A stretch of 37,941 nt of DNA from a bacterium (GTDB lineage: Bacteria > Arandabacterota > Arandabacteria > Arandabacterales > Arandabacteraceae): the NCBI GenBank assembly GCA_035542695.1, contig DATKKY010000328.1, forward strand, positions 1-37,941, in the 5' to 3' direction. This document shows, one piece after another, positions 35,050 to 37,941 of the stretch. Positions within the stretch are counted from its first letter, which is position 1; every line of letters starts with the position of its first letter. Both the position numbers and the translations under genes were made by a program. The notes below the pieces were generated by a model that saw only the letters and a list, made by a program, of their open reading frames with translations, searched no databases and had not been told where the DNA came from.

Positions 35050-36009
35050 CTACAGCCTCCGCTTGAGGGTCGGGTTGTAACCGAGTGTCGCATCGGCAGC
35101 AAGCTTATCCAGCCGCTTGGCGCCGCCCACGCGCTCCAGGTAAGCCTTGTGGTCCTTCACCCCGTAAACGAAGTCGTTCAAGTAGCTTTCGAAGGTCTTG
35201 GCGTCCTTGGCCCTATCGTGGTAGATCGCCAGCTGCTCGGGATCGTAGTCATAGTATTTGTAGCAAGCGTAAGGATGGGCCCCGTAAGGCACTTCGACGA
35301 CGTGATCCACCCTAAAGAACGGGATCTGGTTGCGCTCAGCCTCCGCCCTCAGCTGGTTGGCATCCACCACCTCTTCGCATGTGACGATCAAGGTGCGGGC
35401 GCCAAGCGCCTCCTGGACATCGCCAAAGCTCTGGCCCAGAATTCGCACTGTGCCATCGGACCCGACCTGCTGGGCGTGCAGCACGCAGAAATCCGCATTG
35501 ATCGCCGGGACCAGCACCAGGTTCTCGTGAGTGAAGGGGCACTCCATGGTATGGAACTTGGCGGACGCTATCTTGGGGTTGGCCGCCCGCGTGGTCTGCG
35601 GGAAGCCCTCGCGCTTCAGGAGGTCTGAGCCGAACATGGTCTTGGTCGGCAAGAAAGGAAGGCCCAAAGCCCCAGCAGAGAAGCGCAACACCATGGCAAA
35701 ATTGCTGTAGTCCTCCCACTCAATCGCACCTTCCTCAATCGCACGCCTGAGGCACGGGCCTATGGTCCCAAACGCCTCGTCAGCTTCGTAGGCGATCTCG
35801 ATTCTCGCGACACATCCCGCGCCGATCAGGATATCCAGGTCCCCGCCGGGCGAATGACCGTAAACATGGAGGTTGCGCTTCTTCTGGCGGATCATCTCGT
35901 AGATCAAGGCCATCGGGTGGCGCTGGACAGTAAAGCCGCCGAAGGCGATGTGCGCCCCGTCGGGAATCATGCGGACAACTTCCTCGAGCGATGTGAACTT
36001 CTCTGGCAT
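35050..36009 (-). CDS. CoA-transferase subunit A (family I)
   Basis: MPEKFTSLEEVVRMIPDGAHIAFGGFT..RHPMALIYEMIR, at 319 aa. The 93 upstream codons of the track ORF (up to 36288) are rejected. They are low-complexity and overlap the divergent promoter and riboswitch. Confidence 0.8.
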   Translation of the reverse strand: MPEKFTSLEEVVRMIPDGAHIAFGGFTVQRHPMALIYEMIRQKKRNLHVYGHSPGGDLDILIGAGCVARIEIAYEADEAFGTIGPCLRRAIEEGAIEWEDYSNFAMVLRFSAGALGLPFLPTKTMFGSDLLKREGFPQTTRAANPKIASAKFHTMECPFTHENLVLVPAINADFCVLHAQQVGSDGTVRILGQSFGDVQEALGARTLIVTCEEVVDANQLRAEAERNQIPFFRVDHVVEVPYGAHPYACYKYYDYDPEQLAIYHDRAKDAKTFESYLNDFVYGVKDHKAYLERVGGAKRLDKLAADATLGYNPTLKRRL

Positions 36010-36130
36010 AGTGAGGTATCTCCTCTTGTGGTGATGTCGCCCGTCTGTGCTACTGACTATAAAGACCATATCCGGGTTTGAAATTCCAGCAGATTGTCGG
36101 CGGGCCCGTGGCGCGGGTGACGGTCCGGAG

Positions 36131-36159
36131 TTGACTCGCCCCACGCAGGGGTGTAGGAT
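36131..36159 (+). promoter_or_regulatory. Sigma70-type promoter driving the TPP riboswitch transcript
   Basis: TTGACT (36131-36136), 17-nt spacer, TAGGAT (36154-36159). The predicted transcription start falls a few nt before the aptamer P1. Confidence 0.5.
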
Positions 36160-36164
36160 TGGGC

Positions 36165-36260
36165 CTGCGTTGGGGGAGCTCGGTAGGCCGGGCTGAGAGA
36201 GCGAGCAATCGCTGACCCCTCGAACCTGATCCGGACAATGCCGGCGGAGGGATGCGCTCG
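36165..36260 (+). promoter_or_regulatory. TPP (THI-element) riboswitch aptamer
   Basis: GGGGAGC..(CUCGG-UAGG-CCGGG)..CUGAGAG..(AGCGA-GCAA-UCGCU)..ACCCCUCGAACCUGAUCCGGACAAUGCCGGCGGAGGGA matches the conserved THI-box core (GGGGUGC..CUGAGA..ACCC..GAACCUGAUCNGGNUAAUNCCNGCGNAGGGA) almost position for position. Confidence 0.9.
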
Positions 36261-36336
36261 CTACGAGATCTTCCTCCGCTGTGCGCACGCTGTCCTGACC
36301 AGGTTCTAGCCGACCGAATTGGTGGAGGTGTTCCCG

Positions 36337-37446
36337 ATGGCAGAAGGCACGACTGGCAAGCCAGGGACTGGCGGCTTGATCCCTCGAGCCAAGTTCCCGG
36401 CGGTGGGCAAGATCTCGCCGGAGTTCTTCGATGAGGTCATATATCCGCGACTGGGCGCCGCGAGGCCCGAGGTAGTGGTCTCACCCCAGCACGGGGTGGA
36501 CTGTGGCGTTGTCAAGATCGGGGATGGCCGGGTAATGGTCGTCACCACTGACCCCATCTTTATCGTGCCCGAATACGGCTTCGAGCGAGCGGCTTGGTTT
36601 GCCTGGCATATCCTGGCTTCGGATGTCACCACCAGCGGGTTTCCGCCAGCGTACGTGATCGTCGATTTCAACTTGCCCCTGAAGATGACCGAAAACCAAT
36701 TCGCTACCCTCTGGGAGGTCTTTGACCGCGAGAGCCGCAAGTACGGCGCCCAGGTAATCACGGGCCACACTGCAAGGTACGTCGGCACGGACTATCCCAT
36801 GGTTGGAGGGGCAACTTTCATTGCTGTCGGGCCCGAGGACAAGTACGTCCATCCCGGCATGGCTCAGCCAGGCGACACGATTGTGGTCACCAAAGGTGCA
36901 GCGATTGAGGCAACCGGCATCTTCGCCTGCGCCTTCCCGGAAACCATAAGGCAGCACCTCGGAGAAACCGTTCTCCGGGAGGGGCAGGAGATCTTCTTCA
37001 AGATGTCAACGGTTGACGATGCGATCACGGCTGCGGGCATCGGGGTTCGTGAGCAAGGCATCACGGCCATGCACGACGCCACCGAGTGCGGCGTGATCGG
37101 AGGCCTCTTTGAGATCGCCCAGGCTTCTCGTACCGGCATAGCGGTGGACGTGGACAAGGTCCCCGTGCCGCGGGCTGCTGGGGCTATTTGCAAGCACTTC
37201 GGAATGGACCCGCTCACATCGATAAGCGAAGGAACCTTGTTGATTGCTGTCAAGCAGCGCAAGGCCGAAACCCTGCTCGCGACCCTGCGGGCGAGGGGCA
37301 TCCAAGCTGAGGCCGTGGGTGAGATCCTGGCGCGAAAAGAGGGCTTCCGGATGATCCAAGACGGCCAAAGCAAGCCCCTTGAGCATCCCAGGGTAGATCC
37401 GTTCTGGCCAGCGATGGACCGGGCGATGCAGGCGGGCCTGAAGTAG
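36337..37446 (+). CDS. PurM/HypE/ThiL-superfamily (AIR-synthase-related) ATP-dependent enzyme, subfamily unassigned
   Basis: HGVDCGVVKIGDGRVMVVTTDP, ASDVTTSGFPP..V.FNLP, QVITGHT and AMHDATECGVIGGL fit the two-domain PurM-like fold. There is no HypE-type C-terminal Cys. ATG 36337 sits 8 nt after GGAGG; the track start GTG 36319 lies inside the SD. Confidence 0.7.
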   Translation: MAEGTTGKPGTGGLIPRAKFPAVGKISPEFFDEVIYPRLGAARPEVVVSPQHGVDCGVVKIGDGRVMVVTTDPIFIVPEYGFERAAWFAWHILASDVTTSGFPPAYVIVDFNLPLKMTENQFATLWEVFDRESRKYGAQVITGHTARYVGTDYPMVGGATFIAVGPEDKYVHPGMAQPGDTIVVTKGAAIEATGIFACAFPETIRQHLGETVLREGQEIFFKMSTVDDAITAAGIGVREQGITAMHDATECGVIGGLFEIAQASRTGIAVDVDKVPVPRAAGAICKHFGMDPLTSISEGTLLIAVKQRKAETLLATLRARGIQAEAVGEILARKEGFRMIQDGQSKPLEHPRVDPFWPAMDRAMQAGLK

Positions 37447-37502
37447 CCCCGGAAGGCTTGAGATCTCCGGCTTGCGTCCCGGGCGCGGTGTGCCCGGTGA
37501 TG

Positions 37503-37941
37503 CTATGTCTGGAAGAGATACTGCAGCTTGAGGAAGTACTGCCGGCCGGCCAGGGACCAATCTCGAGCACCGGCCGTCCCCTCCTCGCCCTTTTGGTAAT
37601 CCTGCGTGGAGCCAATGTAGAAGATCGAGAAGGGGCTGACCTGGTACGTCACTAGCGGATCCACCTGCCAGGTGTTGCGGCTGTCATCGTACTGGAAGAC
37701 GATCCGGGCGGAGAGCTCACGGAGCACTTGGGCCGTCAGCTTCGACCTGAAGATCGTTTGTTCGAAGAGCTTCTCCCCGGTATTGACATCATCGCTCCCA
37801 ATGTGGTTGTAGGAGAGAGTCGCCGACAGGCGATTTGTGGGCTTGAGAGTGGCCGAGCCCCCATAGCAGAGCTGCTTGCCCACCGTCAGCTGCCAGCGGG
37901 CAATGCGGTGACCATAGCTAATGTTGGCTGAGCAGGCAAGG
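37503..37941 (-). CDS. Beta-barrel-like outer-membrane protein, C-terminal fragment (5' end beyond the window)
   Basis: The frame stays open from 37883 to the window edge. Alternating beta-strand pattern with a C-terminal ..FLKLQYLFQT typical of OMP termini. Confidence 0.5.
   Translation of the reverse strand, partial: LACSANISYGHRIARWQLTVGKQLCYGGSATLKPTNRLSATLSYNHIGSDDVNTGEKLFEQTIFRSKLTAQVLRELSARIVFQYDDSRNTWQVDPLVTYQVSPFSIFYIGSTQDYQKGEEGTAGARDWSLAGRQYFLKLQYLFQT

Noticed and set aside
36010-36288. 93-codon N-terminal extension of the CoA-transferase A ORF (track ORF 35050..36288)
   Set aside because: The extension is Pro/Arg/Ser-rich with no homology-like features. A good SD plus ATG at 36009 gives the canonical MPEKF.. 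N-terminus. The region is also occupied by the plus-strand promoter and the TPP riboswitch.
1-37941. Scanned for CRISPR repeats, tRNA/rRNA genes, IS elements or transposases, integrases, toxin-antitoxin pairs and defence-system signatures
   Set aside because: I saw no direct-repeat arrays, no cloverleaf-like conserved tRNA boxes in the intergenic regions, and no recombinase, nuclease or NTPase defence-type ORFs. This was done by eye only; tRNAscan, Infernal and defence-system HMM runs would be needed for certainty.

Overview
GC-rich (judged by eye, not computed), gene-dense 37.9-kb chromosomal window. I call 27 protein-coding genes, both edge genes truncated, plus one clear TPP riboswitch. 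I found no rRNA, tRNA, CRISPR array, transposase, integrase or phage gene. Three secreted enzymes end in the same FlgD-Ig/T9SS-type C-terminal sorting domain, which suggests an uncultivated FCB-superphylum or candidate-phylum bacterium. Gene content left to right: secreted OB-module protein; a long SppA protease; M42 peptidase and a GAF-GAF-PP2C phosphatase; a small Moco oxidoreductase; a radical SAM/SPASM enzyme and a toast-rack lipoprotein; a GT-C-like membrane protein; an FAD oxidoreductase; a translationally coupled ferredoxin / tungsten-type aldehyde:ferredoxin oxidoreductase / ThiF / ThiS operon; a GT2 and CE4 deacetylase pair; an IclR / acyl-CoA dehydrogenase / EtfB / EtfA-fusion operon; a secreted M1 peptidase; a PaaK-like ligase; a secreted metallophosphoesterase; and a CoA-transferase AB / homocysteine-methyltransferase-MTHFR / pterin-binding operon. 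A divergent TPP riboswitch then controls a PurM/HypE-superfamily gene. The most unusual items are these. (1) A single ORF fuses a complete ETF alpha subunit to a divergent 4-hydroxybutyryl-CoA dehydratase (AbfD-family) module, inside an ACAD/ETF operon. (2) An oversized AOR is co-translated with a thiamine-type ThiF/ThiS sulfur-carrier pair. (3) A textbook TPP riboswitch with a readable SD-sequestering platform sits in front of an orphan PurM-superfamily enzyme that is not a recognised thiamine gene. (4) SppA carries a roughly 300-aa beta-rich N-terminal extension. All functional calls come from motif recognition by eye; no database search was run.
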